Shown piece by piece: positions 1-13,704 of a DNA stretch of 64,000 bases. Source of the DNA: Podarcis bocagei (lineage: Eukaryota). The stretch lies in NCBI GenBank assembly GCA_964188305.1, contig OZ076886.1; one strand, given 5' to 3'. The position numbers were made by a program, and so were the translations under genes. Every line of letters starts with the position of its first letter. The first letter of the stretch is position 1. Below the pieces are notes generated by a model, which saw only the letters and a program-made list of their open reading frames with translations, did no database searches and was not told the origin of the DNA.

Positions 1-151
1 ATTTCACACATCCCTAGAATTCAAAATAGAATCTCGAGTGGTATCCATGGAAACCAAAGAGCTGTTGGCCATAGTGCAAGCTGACACCTCACATCAACTC
101 CCAGCATGGAATTCCTGTGCTATCACAGCCGCATGAATTTATAGTTCTCAC

Positions 152-220
152 CTTTATCAATGTGTACATCAGCGTGTGAAGCAAAGGGATGATGTACTGC
201 CGATAGTTGCATCTTTCTGC
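152..220 (-). CDS. PIK3R6: PIK3R6 coding exon 4
   Basis: AERCNYRQYIIPLLHTLMYTLIK; 69 nt, ctctag/gtgaga. Confidence 0.94.
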
Positions 221-2603
221 CTAGAGAAAGCAAACGGTTACGCTGAAGATTTTCCAACAATGTGAGGCTGATTTTGGATCCTCTGGTGTCACAAAACACA
301 TGAGGGAGGAGGGCTGGCAGCTAGAACAACAGAGCATTTGATAGCAGAGACAACTCTAGGTGGAACATTGCCATGGTACCAGCCAGACCTCAGCTGGACT
401 GTGCGTTCAGTTAAAGACTTACCCTTGACATGCTTAGGAGAGATTTGAGGGGGAGGGGGGAATCTATGAATATAAAGCCTAGGAGGAAAGCTTGAAGCAG
501 CTGTGACATCTTTGGTCATGTGCATTTTGCAGGTTTTTGGAACACTACAAAATCCTGCAACATCTGCTTAGGGGAAAAAATAGTGGAATGAGCATACACA
601 TCATGGACCTCCCAATGCTCTGTAAGTATACTATCTTCAGCCAACCTAAAGATCAGTTTTTCTGCAGGAAGAATGGCTTCTAATGAGAGAGTAAGAAGGA
701 CCAGAAGTGGCAGAAAGGTGCAGGATAAACAATAAGGAACACCGGGGCAGCTGGTTCCCTACAAACACTAGAGAGATTGTGAGTGATGTCAGAAGCAGGC
801 TGCATTGGCTACCCTGAATTTATGACTGAGCCAATGAGCCTTGATAGAGGATCTGATGTTTGGAAGTGTCTTCAATTTGAAGAGCAGTATATTAATTTAA
901 TCACATTTTTCCACAGCAATAAACCATAGATTCATATTCATGAGAAAGGCTACATGTGGACTGTGAAGACAACTCCCAGCCCTTTGTTTCCTTCTGTGGA
1001 CATTCTTACCCTTTCCAGTTCTTTCACCAGAATTTTGATCAAGAGGGCTCCATTGCTGGGATTCCTGTCAATCTTCTTGTGCAAAGTCCATCTCAGCATC
1101 CCTGGAAGAAGGTGGGAAGAGAACCAAAGTTAAAACAGCTATCAATGTTTCACTGGGTCAGGAATCAGCAAGAGACAAGAGCAGAATATTGCAAAGAAGG
1201 AAAGTGAGTTGCACTTATAGAAGAAGAGGAGCGGACAGAACTGAACCATAAACAAAAACAGCTCTTCCCTCAAGGTTTCCACATATTATTTTATTTAATT
1301 ATTTATTAGGTCATTCATTTGATTTCTTACTTGCCCTAAGGTCCCAGGGCAGGTTACAGCAGTTTGTACTTGGAAAACATATTCTTTATCACCAAGCTAT
1401 GGCTCCTTCTCTCTACAATTGTTGCCAGTAAGGAAGAGTTTTACTGGTGACATTATTTTGTCTGGAATCAACCAGGTACCCACACCCAGTCATATGCATC
1501 CATATGGGTAGGTATCTCAACAAGACCAGAAAACCCAGGAAATGCCAACACAGCTGGCCAAACATAAAAAGTCATTTCCTTTTGCTCTCTCTAGCTGTGG
1601 GAGAGGTGTTCTCAGACACACTGCAAAACTCTTCAGTGCTCAGTGATGAGCTGGGGCACACGGGTCACTGGCTCTTACCTCTCTCGCTCTGGAAGGCTGG
1701 GTGGTGGCCATCAAGTTCACGAAGGAGGGCATGCACACTTCGGAGGAAGTCAGACTCAACCTCTTGACAAAGGAGAAAAACAGGGTGTGAAGAACAAGAT
1801 AACTCAGTGTCTTCTTGTTATTTGTACTTAACAAACCAAATCCTACCAACAAAAGGGTAATGCTAGTGGTTTGCCATCAATGCTGCAAGCTCCTTTTTGA
1901 GCAAATACATGATAAAGTAGCACAGGAATAATGGCCAGCAGATAAGGGATGAGCTTTTCATGGATCGAAAGGTGCATGCACCCCTGTCTCCTTGTATACA
2001 ACCAGTTATCACTAGTATTATAACAGCTTTGATGTTAACTCTCCCAAACAAGAGAGTGTAGATAGGCATTGCCTTTGGTTATTACCAGTGAAAAACTTGC
2101 TTCCATAATATATAATTCCCATCCATTACCTCTCAGTAAATGCTTACACAACTGATGAAGGGGGTGTGTGTAATTGTTGTTATACTCCTACTGAAGGTGG
2201 GATTCTGGCAATGGTAGGGTTGCACAAGCTAATCAGGTCTATGTCTGCCTGTTGGAATAATAAATAATACAGCTTGCCTTACCCATGAGCTACTGAAGTT
2301 CCTACTAGGTCTAACATTCCATCTAATGAAATGGGCTTATACTACAATAAATCTGTGCAACTTAAAGCAATCAAGAGCCTCTTTTCGTGTGTTTGCTGCA
2401 TCAGACTAACATAGCTGCCCCTCCAAATTTTATTTATCTCTTTCTCTCAACTGTGCAGTGGGGGAACTGGAGACAATCCACTCTTTTCACCTAAACACCT
2501 CATGCTCAGAGAGCAAGCAGAAGCCGATAAGGCACTTTGAGATGCTTCTGTGAAGATGAGACTAATGATCATAATAATAACAACAGTAACCTGGGTTATC
2601 CAT
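152..2603 (-). CDS. PIK3R6: Phosphoinositide 3-kinase regulatory subunit 6 (p84/p87), 5' part; gene continues past window start
   Basis: Coding exons 2591-2603, 1679-1762, 1010-1101 and 152-220 splice to MDNPEVESDFLRSVHALLRELDGHHPAFQSERGMLRWTLHKKIDRNPSNGALLIKILVKELERAERCNYRQYIIPLLHTLMYTLIK, matching the human N-terminus as recalled (MESSDVELDLQRSVQAVLREL...GMWRWSLHKK...IIPLLHT). Lies downstream of PIK3R5 on the same strand, as in mammals. Confidence 0.93.
1010..1101 (-). CDS. PIK3R6: PIK3R6 coding exon 3
   Basis: GMLRWTLHKKIDRNPSNGALLIKILVKELER; 92 nt. Confidence 0.94.
1679..1762 (-). CDS. PIK3R6: PIK3R6 coding exon 2
   Basis: EVESDFLRSVHALLRELDGHHPAFQSER; 84 nt, aag/gtaaga. Confidence 0.92.
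2591..2603 (-). CDS. PIK3R6: PIK3R6 first coding exon, 13 coding nt (whole exon about 2591-2720)
   Basis: caaccATGGATAACCCAG|gttact; good Kozak context, in-frame stops upstream, phase 1 fits the next exon; donor is weak. Confidence 0.75.
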
Positions 2604-3124
2604 GGTTGGGTGGAAGTCACAGCAGGTGGTCGTGAGGTTATCTTTTCCAGCACTTCTGGGAGAACTGGGTGGCCAGAGGGTCCAGTTTCACTGAGCATGA
2701 CCTAGTATCCTCTAGCACTTCTGCAAAAAAAACAAGATGGCGGTTGAGTGTGCTTGAAATCCCTGTTTAATACCAGGGACCTGACACTGAAATGATAAGT
2801 AGCCATGTTAGTTTGTTGCGGCAAAAACAAAAAAGAGACTTATGGCACCTTAATGTGTTTTGCTATTGTATCCACTTTTGTAGATTACGCCCCACTTATT
2901 TCACACTAAGCTTATTTTACCCCAAAATTTGTTGGTGCAAGGGGCACAAGGCTCCATGAAAAAAGAGGGAAGGAGACATCGTGGTTTTCACACTGTAGTT
3001 CCAACATTCAGTGTGCACCTCTTGTTCAAGAAGCAACAAGCTACATTATAGCATGCCCCCACTGGATGGTGTGGGGAAAAGGGATCTAGAAGATGAGTGT
3101 TATAATTCACAATGGCACAGAGTA

Positions 3125-3260
3125 TGGGTGGGGAAGCTGTGGCCCTGAAGATTTTTTGTTTGACTACAACTCCCATAAGCCCTGACCATTACCTATCTTA
3201 GCTGGGGCTGATGGGAGTTGTAGTCAGCAACATCTGGCATGTCACAGGTTCCCCAATACT
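3125..3260. repeat. Short palindromic lizard MITE-like repeat (gactacaactccca...tgggagttgtagtc)
   Basis: Internal inverted repeat; similar decayed copies near 4850, 6535, 10820, 16500, 21620, 21920, 44530, 50945, 56880, 58050 and 60665. Confidence 0.6.
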
Positions 3261-3539
3261 GGCATAGAACTTGGAGAAACTGCTGCCATAAATTACTGGT
3301 ATTGTGCATGCTGGATGAAGGGCATGTGTGGTTGTTAAGGAAGTTGGCCAAACTCTTTCCAGAAGGACATATATCCTCAGATCAACATATTTGTAACATT
3401 TATATCTCATCTTCACCCCCACCCCCCAAGGCAACATAGGAAATCAATTTCTAGATGATTAGCATCAGGAAACATGCCCAGGACAAGGGCTTGGTCAGAA
3501 TGTCAATGACTCTGCTAGAAATAAAGAAGGTCCACTTAC

Positions 3540-3716
3540 CCAGAATACTACAACGTCCTTGGCATCAGGCAGCGGCAAGACAGCAATTTCTACAACCACA
3601 CCCAGGCTCTCCTGCTGGGATGCTGTCGGATTTCTTTGGAAGCTGCCAATCTCTGTCAGGTGGGAACACGCCCAAGACAAACTTGCTTTACCTGCCTCAC
3701 CAGTACCAGCCAATAC
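3540..3716 (-). other. Candidate non-coding 5' UTR exon of PIK3R6
   Basis: (CT)n pyrimidine tract plus tttgcag acceptor and consensus GG|gtaagt donor, 177 nt, 0.8 kb upstream of the ATG exon. Confidence 0.4.
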
Positions 3717-5031
3717 CTGCAAATATTTGAGAGAGAGAGAGAGAAAGAAAATCAGAAAAAGGAATGTGTGGGCTCCTCTTTGTCCATAGATCCCCATCGC
3801 CTATGACCACGTTTGTTTCACTTGCTGCAGATAAAGCCAGGGAAACAAGGACAGTTCTGTTAGTATTTACAGTTGCCCTGATAACATTATTCTCTTCAAA
3901 GTGATTTCCTAAGGCTTAAAAGGAAACTCTTTTCTCTGATTGTACTCTCTGCCAGTTATAACACATTCTGCAGCAGCAGCCACAGGCATCCTGCTCAGGT
4001 GGGCTGGCACAATATTATTTGGTTCACCTGCCTTCCGTTTCCTCTGTGTTCCAGCTCCCCTGTATATTCTGCCGAGATTCCTGGTGATATCAAAGGACCA
4101 CTGGCCCATGCTGTTTAGTGCAAAGCCGAGATAATAAAATGTCTTTATTGCTTGGTCATTGCACAGCACTATTTTGAGGTGAGTAGACAGTTGACTGGCG
4201 TGTCTGGGTCATCTGCAGTAGACTGGCAAAGATTTCTGACTCCCAATTATTTAACAATGGCAGCAGCAAAAAGGTGCCTTCTTTCCCCTCTTAAATTAAG
4301 ACTGCTGAAATTATGAAAGGTTGAGTAAACCAGGAATGGGCTCCCTCACCCCCCACAAAAGAACTGTGAGCTCATTTTGGTCCTGGAACTAGCTAACTAA
4401 CTAGAATGTGCTCGGAGGCACCCTGCTTTTTGAAATTCTAATCTTTTTGTCCTTTGCTTCTGGCTCAAGTTAGTACGTTGTGGGATTCTAGTAAAAACAA
4501 CAACAACAGACTAGCTCCAAAAAGCTGGAAGTTTGTCTATCCCTGCAGTAAATGATGCTCACCTTCTCTGAGCACATGGGCTAGGCTGCCCTGCAGAGAT
4601 TCCAGCAGTTGTGCTCCAGGACTCACTTCAAAGGGAAGCTGAGGAGCAAAACCAGAGACACAAGATTAGTTTCTCCTCCTCAGTAGCAGAACCAGAAGTG
4701 TAATCTTTGCAGCCTTTGAAACATGAGTAGAGTCACACCAGTAGTTGTTATGCTAGCCCCTGCCCCCTCTTGCATCCAAGTACACAGAGGAATGACTCAC
4801 TTCAGGAACAAGCATAGGAGTAACAACTTCTAGAGCATGGGGATGATGTGATGCTCTCCAGATGATGATAGACAACAGCCCACATCCATTATCCCTGACT
4901 ATTGGCCACTCTGTCTGGAGCTGATGGGAACTGGAGTCCAACAACATTTGGAGGTCTCACCACTTTGGCTTCTCTTGTTCTAGAGCGGTCGCTCATGTTA
5001 GTCTGTTGCAGCAAAAACAACAGAGTGTCTT

Positions 5032-5376
5032 AAAGGGACCCCTGACCATTAGGTCCAGTTGTGACCGACTCTGGGGTTGCGGCGCTCATCTCACTTTATT
5101 GGCCAAGGGAGCCGGCGTACAGCTTCCGGGTCATGTGGCCAGCATGACTAAGCTGCTTCTGGCGAACCAGAGCAGCGCACGGAAACGCCGTTTACCTTGC
5201 CGCCGGAGCAGTACCTATTTATCTACTTGCACTTTGACGTGCTTTCGAACTGCTAGGTTGGCAGGAGCAGGGACTGAGCAACGGGAGCTCACCCTGTGGC
5301 AGGGATTCAAACCGCCGACCTTCTGATCATCAAGTTCTAGGCTCTGTGGTTTAACCCACAGCGCCACCCGTGTCCC
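5032..5376 (-). mobile_element. Sauria/Squam1-type SINE, full length
   Basis: Head gggacacgggtggcgctgtgggttaaacc on the minus strand; 13-bp TSD aacagagtgtctt (5019-5031, 5380-5392); inserted into an older Penelope-like pLTR remnant. Confidence 0.9.
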
Positions 5377-6451
5377 TTTAACAGAGTGTCTTGGGTCACC
5401 TCAAAGACTAACAGATTTATTGTGACATTAGATGGATCTTCATCAGATGTATGAAGACATAGATAGGCTGTTGGGGTAACATGCCACCAAAAAGCTACCC
5501 ACCAGGAGATAAAGTTGCATCACAACTCACTCACAAACCCAAATTTTTCTTATCCAGATTTAGAAAAACAGCTCTTTGAAGTGCTCCACCAGATAATTAA
5601 ACCCTTTAACCCCACCTGCAATTATACAAGCAGCGCCAAGTTGTTAAATTGGAATTTCTGAACCAATAGAAAATAGCATTCTTTTGGAATTATATCAGAC
5701 AAACCATGGATCCATCAAGCCCAGTACGGTCAATACTGACTGAAAGTGGCCCTCCAGGGTTTCAGACAGGAGTATTTCCACACAAGGGATTGAACCTGGG
5801 ACTTCAGCCTGCCCACCCCCATTTTCCATTCAATTATCCAATTCCATTCAGGAATTCAGTTCATTAAAATTATTACTGGACTACTTGTGCATAATACTGA
5901 ATAGGTTTGAAAAATAAAACCTGTTTGCAGGATTGGCTGATCACCTTTGACCATTGATGTATGTTCAAAGCAGTTCTCCCCTGTTTGTACTGTCAACACC
6001 TACTAGCCTGAAGCTTTCTCTCCCATCAGAGATGGTCAGCATCAGTCATTACTGTAGAGTGGCACAGTCATTCATAGAAGCAGCCCCAAGGGGCCTATGC
6101 CACTTTGCCATTTCCGCCGTTCTATTTTTAAGACCCCGTTCAGGCAGAAGTGATTACAGACAGCCTAGCTTCCTCTTCACACCTTCCCTACAGTGACGGC
6201 TGAGCTTACAAGAACCCCAACCCACAAGGCTCTCATGCTGTTCAGCTCTGTCACAACAAAGAGTCACGCTAACCTGCCTCAGGTTTTTCATATTCTCCAT
6301 CAGGCCTGAATAGTGCTGTCAAAGAGCAAGCAACAAAGCAGCGAGGAGAGCATTTCCCAGCATTCACTGGGAACTATATGTGTTGTGAGGGAAGCCATAT
6401 TGGACCCTATTCTTAGCTAAGCCATTCAGTTCATAGAAAATACGACATTTT

Positions 6452-6453
<2 letters not shown>

Positions 6454-6502
<49 letters not shown>
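6454..6502. repeat. (TA)n microsatellite
   Basis: Direct reading. Confidence 0.98.
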
Positions 6503-6504
<2 letters not shown>

Positions 6505-6887
6505 CCTCCGACAATGAAGAATGTTCTAGAAGTCCCTGTGGGCCTCTAGGTGTTGGACTGCAACACCCAGCTTCTCCAACCATTTGGTTGGCTAGAGCTG
6601 ATGGGAACAGCAGTCCAACAATAATCAGGTTCTTCATCGCCAGTGCCAGATTTATACACAAGTTAAGTAAACTACAGTTTAGGGCCTCAGATCTGGGGGG
6701 GGGGGAGCTCTAAATACACCAATTTAAAGTTTTACATAGCTGATCAAAAATAAATGAAATGGGATGTAGACTCTAAAGCAGATTTTATCATTCCGGTATG
6801 ACAAAAATGTACTTAATGGCCACACACTTATTTGTTACCCTTTGTTTATAAAACTGTGTAGCATGAACTACAATATAGTTTTTATAT

Positions 6888-6918
6888 TGGTCAGGGGTCC
6901 CTTTACCTTTACCTTTAA
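6888..6918 (+). mobile_element. Sauria SINE 3' tail remnant
   Basis: ggtcaggggtccctttacctttaccttta, same as the SINE 3' end with (ACCTTT)n. Confidence 0.6.
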
Positions 6919-9532
6919 GTAAGAAATCACAATGTATTTTAATGTAAAGGTATTTCATATACAAATTGTCTTATTGCAAGATATGTGTTTCTATTAGATT
7001 GTCAGTTGTATGCTCGCCTACGTACGGGAATATATGCAAATATAAAAGCTTCTTATTTATGTTTTCATTGTTCTTTCGCTTAGAATAATACACATTTTGG
7101 AGTAATGCTGTGGGGTTTCTTAAACTCCATTTTGCTTATAGCCGCAGCATGTCTTAATCCAGCCCTGCCCATTACACCACTTACTACAATTGACCTGCTT
7201 TTTCGAGACAAACATCTGTGATGCACCACTGTCACAGTAAGAAGAAAAGGGCTCAAGTCATTCTTTTCAGGAGGCACAGAGAAGCCATTTTAGTGGCATG
7301 AATACATCAGCATAGCACACAGCTAGCTGACAATTTCAGCCACAATTAGCTCTCACACAATTCTTTTAAAGAAAGAACAGCCCACTGAAAAGCAGACATT
7401 TCTATTTGCCACGGTCTGCACCTGAACGTTGCCACCTGAAGAATTCAAAGATAAGGAACGCATTGTGAGACCGTAGGAAAGTGATCCATTTTGTGGGTCA
7501 GAACAGAACTTCATTGGAATATACTGTCTTTGTAACATGAGACTGAAGTTGCTTTTTGCAGTTAGGGTGCATCTCACAAACAAACAAGGCTCATAAGTAA
7601 GGGACCATTCCTTGAAATAAGGATTGGGTGACAAGCCTATGTGCTACAGTACACATTCATTACAAAACAAAGGGGTGGAGGGAAATGTAGAGCTTCACTA
7701 CGGTTAAACAAACCCCTAAGTTAGGCATATTTATTCCTAATAAAAATAGAAGAATAAAGAACTTCAACAAAACAAAAATAGGATGTGTGCTCATGAAAGC
7801 ATGAGGCAACAGGAACTGATTCCCAGCTCTTTCCCTAAAGCTCAGCATATTTCACAGAAATCGATTATGGGAGGGCAAAAAGAAATGAGAGATACCTAAG
7901 TTCAAACTATCTTCCAAGCATTCCAAGAAAAATAAACTTGGTCCTGTAAAGTTTGTCGTTGAAAAATGAATAGGAGGGAAATCAGAAATCTCTGGATTGT
8001 GTTTTAATTTGGAATGAGGGGAGACAGCTCTAGGGGGCTGTAGTTCCATAATCAACGTATGAATGGGGTGGGAGTGTAAATGAATAAGCAAACTTAACAA
8101 TTCCCTATTTGCTTCTACCTATTACCATATTAATAGCTGATTGGCTCCAATAAGGGATATCCTTTAGACGGATATGTCTGCGCATCTGTGCATGCACACA
8201 CACACAGGGAGGAATCCAATGTAATGCTAAGTTGAACTCCCTTAGCACTGTACTAGCTACGCTAGTGAAATGGCTTGTGCAAGAAAAGGCGCAGGAATCC
8301 AGCCTGGTTCTCATGGCTGGTTGCTCAACAGATCTCTGTAGCCCTGATACTTTCTGTTGTACAACCAGCTTCTGCTAGCACAACGTTTGCTCTGGATTTC
8401 ATGCTTGTACCTAGAGCTGCAGCCCTCATAATAAAGCCCCCTGCCATTCCAAATGACAGAAAGTTACTGTTGTATCTTTGTACTGAGATACCTTTGTCCC
8501 TGCTAAATTGTCTGAAGGCTTTGCTGTCTTGCTGTGCTAATCAACTGGTTTTCTTAAAAGACCATAGAGAAGCTATTGTGGAAAGGTTGGATCCTGCTAC
8601 ATCGCTAGCAGGTTTTACTGCTGATGAACTGGATTGGGGCTGATTGTAGAAATGCATTGAGGTGGGAGGCTGGCCAGCGACTGATATGAAATGTCAGGAA
8701 CACCGCCGTGCACACAAAAGACCTATCCAACCCAAAGGTGCATACAACTCCACTCTCCACACCACCATTTTGATGCTGCTTGGCATACATTGTTTGAATA
8801 GGCTTCACAACAACCCTGTGAGGAAGGCCGCAATTACAACTTCAGAATAAATCCAGGCAAATATATGTCCTTCTAAGTGCCCAACGGAATGCATTATGAT
8901 ATAGAGTCATGAAGACAGTGTAGGAAACTCTGCGATAGTTGCCCCCAAATAAAGTGATAATTGTTTTGACAGATAATTGTGGGAGCTTAGCCTTTGCCAA
9001 CTAACCTGTCATGACATATATCCCAGTGTGGAAGAGGATGTGGTCTCTATCATCCATAAAACCAAGACAGGCTGGCCACAGAATGGCTTGCTATGACTAT
9101 ATTACCAGCACCATGTAGGCCTTCACTGTGCAGCCAGGAACTTTTAGCAACCTTTGCTGTGCTGATGTATACTTGCAAAATTTCCTTTGTCCTGAGGGAG
9201 CGGCTCATGGTTTGTTCCAATATTCAGTACAGAAATGTGCATTTTCCGTTAGAATGTGTATGTTAATGTAATGTGTGTTGGAAAGATGAGGTTCTAGGAA
9301 AGTGCAAATGTGTGGCTTCAATTATGTTATCCTGCCTCCAGAAACAGATGCAGAAAATACATGGGAGGGGGCATTCTCATGTTTCTTATGTTCACTCATT
9401 ATTATTGCAGTTTGCACATGCAATGAGTAGATGTGGCTTCACACTCCATGGTGAAGCATTTTTATCTATGTCTGGACCAGAATAGCACAAAATTCTGGAG
9501 GTTCAAACTAATTCTTAAAGATTGACTGAGAG

Positions 9533-9836
9533 AGGGCCGGGGGCCGGTCCACTGCCCCTCAGACCTTGTGTGGGGCCAGACTATATTTTTTTTTTGGGGG
9601 GATGAACAAATTCCTATGCCCCACAAATAACCGAGAGATGCATTTTAAATAAAAGGATACAGTATACTCATGTAAAAACACCAGGCAGGCCCCACAAATA
9701 ACCCAGAGTTGCATTTTAAATAAAAGGACACATTCTTCTTATCTAAAAACACGCTGATTCCCAGACCGTCCGTGGGCCAGATTTAGAAGGTGATTGGGCT
9801 GGATCCGGACCCTGGGCCTTAGTTTGCCTACCCATG
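9533..9836. mobile_element. hAT-like MITE fragment with an internal ~64-bp duplication
   Basis: gggccg motifs, terminus gtttgcctacccatg; unit gccccacaaataacc..gcattttaaataaaagga repeated at about 9618 and 9689. Confidence 0.6.
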
Positions 9837-12594
9837 CTTTACTGGGTGGCAGTGGGGTTCCTATTCTCATTCTGAAGGTGACTCCTTGGAGAGCTACTGA
9901 TATTTCTAATAGGCAACTATGCAGCCTGACTCACAGGCTTGTTGTACGATCTGTTTGAATAAGGTATTCTAAGTAGTACCAAAACAGTGACAGGAAAGTC
10001 TTGGGCATGGGTGGGGCTGCCTATGTGCATCTGCAACACGCACTGGGGTTCCTGACATTCAATGCAAAGCGTCGCTGAGTCTCTCCCAGCCATTTCAGTG
10101 TATTCAGCAGCTCAGCTCATGGGCATGGCGGGCAGCAAAACCTGCAGGCTATTTTGAAAGATCCAAACAGTCTCCCAGCATTTTGATGGTCATTTGGGAA
10201 TTCAGTTGATGCAGCAGGCAGCAAATTTTGTAGGCAATTCCTCAGGAATACTGCAATCTTCTCAAGGCACCCCCTCACTGTCATTCGGAATGGCAAGTCT
10301 CTTGAAAAAGCTTTATTCTGAGGCCTGTGGATGAGGGTGCCAGATCCCAGCTCATTTCTAGCTCATTTCAATGGTCATTTGTAAAACTTAGCTGATTTTT
10401 ATGTGGATGAATAAGCAACAGGTGATGGTACAATTTTGCAATTTACGCCAGTGCATTTCAGTTGCTCCTCGCAAGTGCAATGTTCTTCTGTTTGGCCACT
10501 TCAGGACACTCTCTGTAGACTGCCTAAAGACCAGTAGGAACCATCTAAACTACCCTTCTTTTAATACATTCTAATTGCCATCTTAACATTCAGATGGCTC
10601 TGCTCAGCGACAGTTATGCAAGTCATCACTGCCCATAGAGCTCTTTGGTGCATTTGGAATTCATGAAAGGTACATTTTGAGTTCATATTTCTTACCACTT
10701 ACTGTGATGGTTAGAGGGGTTTAAAAAATCAGTCAATCAATAGTTGAATGGCTATATTGCCAAACCAGAATGAACTTCAGTGGCAGGGATGAGGTTGAGG
10801 GGTGGCTGAGCCTCATTCAGCATGGCCCATGGTCAGGGATGATGGGAAGTGTGCTCCTACAACTTCTGGAGAGCCACAGGTTTCCCATCTCTGAACTAAG
10901 GAGGGGATCGGCTCTTTACTCACCATCTTAGAACAGCTCTACCCATTACAGTTGCTGAAAGAAACATACGGTAAGCACTGAGTTTCCGGCAGCACTCTTG
11001 CAATGTGTGAACATCATAAGCAACTGACAAATGGTAATATTCAAAAAATCAGCGGGGGGGGGGGCAGGACCCCTCAGACTCTCAGGACAGTCTGTAAGTG
11101 GCTGTACTTGAACAAAGGAACTTTAAAGAAAGACTGTAATGTGAAATCATCAAGAGAGTCAGTGCTATCACTTGTGGATTGAATTGGATTTTTATTATAC
11201 TACATATGTTAATTGGCTTACCAATGGCCTAATGTCTACGTTATCAACATGTGTTTTGTGAATTACCACTGTTAATTATGTAATTATCGCTGTCTCTGTA
11301 TTTTATGCAGTTCATTTCTCTCTGACCTTGCTGTTTACAACCCCAAGTGGGTAATGCACACACACAGCAGTAACCTAGGACATTTCATCTGATTGAATGG
11401 ATCGCACTATGTGAATGCTCGTGTGATAATGAATTTGTCAATGTGCCACAAGTGTTACTGTGGTTTTTGTGTATCTTTAGACATTAATATGTCTGGGAAC
11501 ACGTGTTTAGGAAACCTAACTTACCCAGTGCACATAAACTAGATCTGCGCATATTTATGTGCACAAGAGATGTTTAATGTCAGAAACAGTGCTCCCCACA
11601 TCCATTGTAATGTATTGAGTTGCTTTTATTTCATTTTTGAAGACTACATTTTTAAAAAGAAATTTGGGGTTAAACTTAACTGATTTTACAATGCTCAGCT
11701 AAGGGACTCTGCAATTGGATGAACTCTTGCAGATGGTGCTAAATGCATCAGGAGACAAGTGTCGCCAGTCCCTGTTTCATTGTTGCGACATACACATATT
11801 TTATAATATCAAAGTATATCCAACACAACAACTGTTACAAACAAGAGGCAAAAGGAGAGTTGTTGTTCTTTAACCAACCTTTTAAAAAGGTACACTCTGG
11901 TTGTACAAGATCAAAAGTTCCAAAGTACATCTGTAACTGGATACAAAAAATTACTTTTATCTAAAAGCTCACTCTAATCATGATGAAAGCCGCCCAACTA
12001 GCAACATTAAAACCCTCCAGGCTGTAAGGGAGTTTGTTTCTCAGGTAATTTTCCCTTCTTCCCAGGACCCAATTCCCTGCAACAATAGTACATGTAACAG
12101 TAATCTAAAATACCAGAGCAGGTGAACCTTAAATGGTTCAAAATCCAGTGGCAGAACAGGTTATAATGGCTGACATAAGATTTATTAGGAAACCAGAACA
12201 AAGCATAATTCCTGGCTGTAGCAAAAGAAGCAAAATCAGTACACTACTAATTCTGCCTTGTACTTTCTCTTTCCTGTGATGACATTAATAAGGACAAGGC
12301 AGAAATACATGCTTATGCTATCTGTTTCTTGTTTGTTTCTTTTTCCTCCCTTCTTTCATAAACGAGATAAGGCGTAAGCGTGGTGGCTGACATAAGCATA
12401 ATAAAAGTTAATTTGGGGGCTAAACTAAATTTGGGAGAGCTGGGTGGATCTTTGCACCCCTGCAGCATATATGCTAAAGACAGCACTGGATCCAAGTCTG
12501 GGAAACCCTGTCCTAGGTCTCCTCCTCCATCAGCCAGTTTGGTCAGGGATGGCGAGAGAGCTGCAGTCCAAAGCATATGGAGGACACCATAATA

Positions 12595-12665
12595 ATAATA
12601 GAATCATATAGTTGGAAAGGACCACGAGGGTAATTTAGTCCAACCCCCTGCGATGCAGGAATCTT
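12595..12665 (-). mobile_element. CR1 3' terminal remnant
   Basis: tagaatcatatagttggaaaggacc...gtccaaccccctgc. Confidence 0.7.
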
Positions 12666-13704
12666 TCTCACAATGCAGGGCCCTGCCTTAGGACCACATG
12701 CCACATTTGAAGCACAATGGTTCATTGTAGGACTGCCAAAAGCTAGTGTCAGTCTGCTGCCAGTTCCTCCCTTGCTCTCTCGAGCTGAGGAGGCAAACTA
12801 GAGTGACATAAGACATGCTGTGAAGCTAGGGTGGGGTGCGGGGGTGGCAGGGAGTGAGGCAGTATCTGAACAGAACCAGTAAACAGCCTATTGGGCTCTG
12901 AAGCTGCTCAATCTGCAGCTGACTGACAGCCGGAACCTATGAACCTTTAAATAAGAGATGAAAGAAGTCCCACTGGGAGCTGGCAGGAAGCAGCAGATCC
13001 ATTGCCAGGTGGGTGAGGAGGCATCAAGGGAGCACCAAGTTCTAATACCAGGAGCACTGGCATTTTAAGAAATTTCCTTCTTTGTGGAACTTTCAAAGAG
13101 ATGTAAGGCCAGCTCTCTGTCTGCGAAACAGGCTTTTCAAGGACTCTTTCTTATAGCCGAAGGAGGATGTGCAGACCAGTTCCTGGATGTTAATGATTCT
13201 TTGGAGAGTTCCTCCAGCACGTCATATTTAATTACTTTTTGGAAAAAGAAAATGGCCCTCAGGAAGCAACAGCCTGTTAAACTTTAGCATCTCCCCTCCC
13301 ATTTCCACCGGTGGTTTCAGAAAAACAACCTGGGGGTGAGGTGGGGCGGGGGCGGGAAATTCCTACACTTGTTGCCAAATTTGTTCATCGAAAAAGCAGA
13401 CACTAAGTGAGACAGCACATGAAAAAATATGATAAAGGAGCCAAGCCACACACTCCATCTCTCACCACATGCTATAGACAGCTCTTGTTCAGTACCTTTG
13501 TCCTGTGTAAGGAACCTGCAGTTGCTAGATATCATGTGTTGATCTCCCAGAGCCCTTTCTGCACTGAAATTATCCATGGGGAAAGAATGCCTTGTACATT
13601 AGTACATCTTGGACACTGGCTGCTCTCATGCACTGAATCGGATCCTAACAGAAAGGGCTTTAGGATACTTCCATTTATCTTGCACTACTGTGCTTCCTCT
13701 AGAT

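Noticed and set aside
3495-3797. ORF as an N-terminal extension of PIK3R6
   Set aside because: Splicing into the exon at 2720 meets an in-frame TAG after two codons, and there is no similarity to p84.
9950-10620. Non-repetitive block that might be an exon or conserved element
   Set aside because: No convincing ORF, splice pair or recognisable family; cannot be supported from sequence alone.
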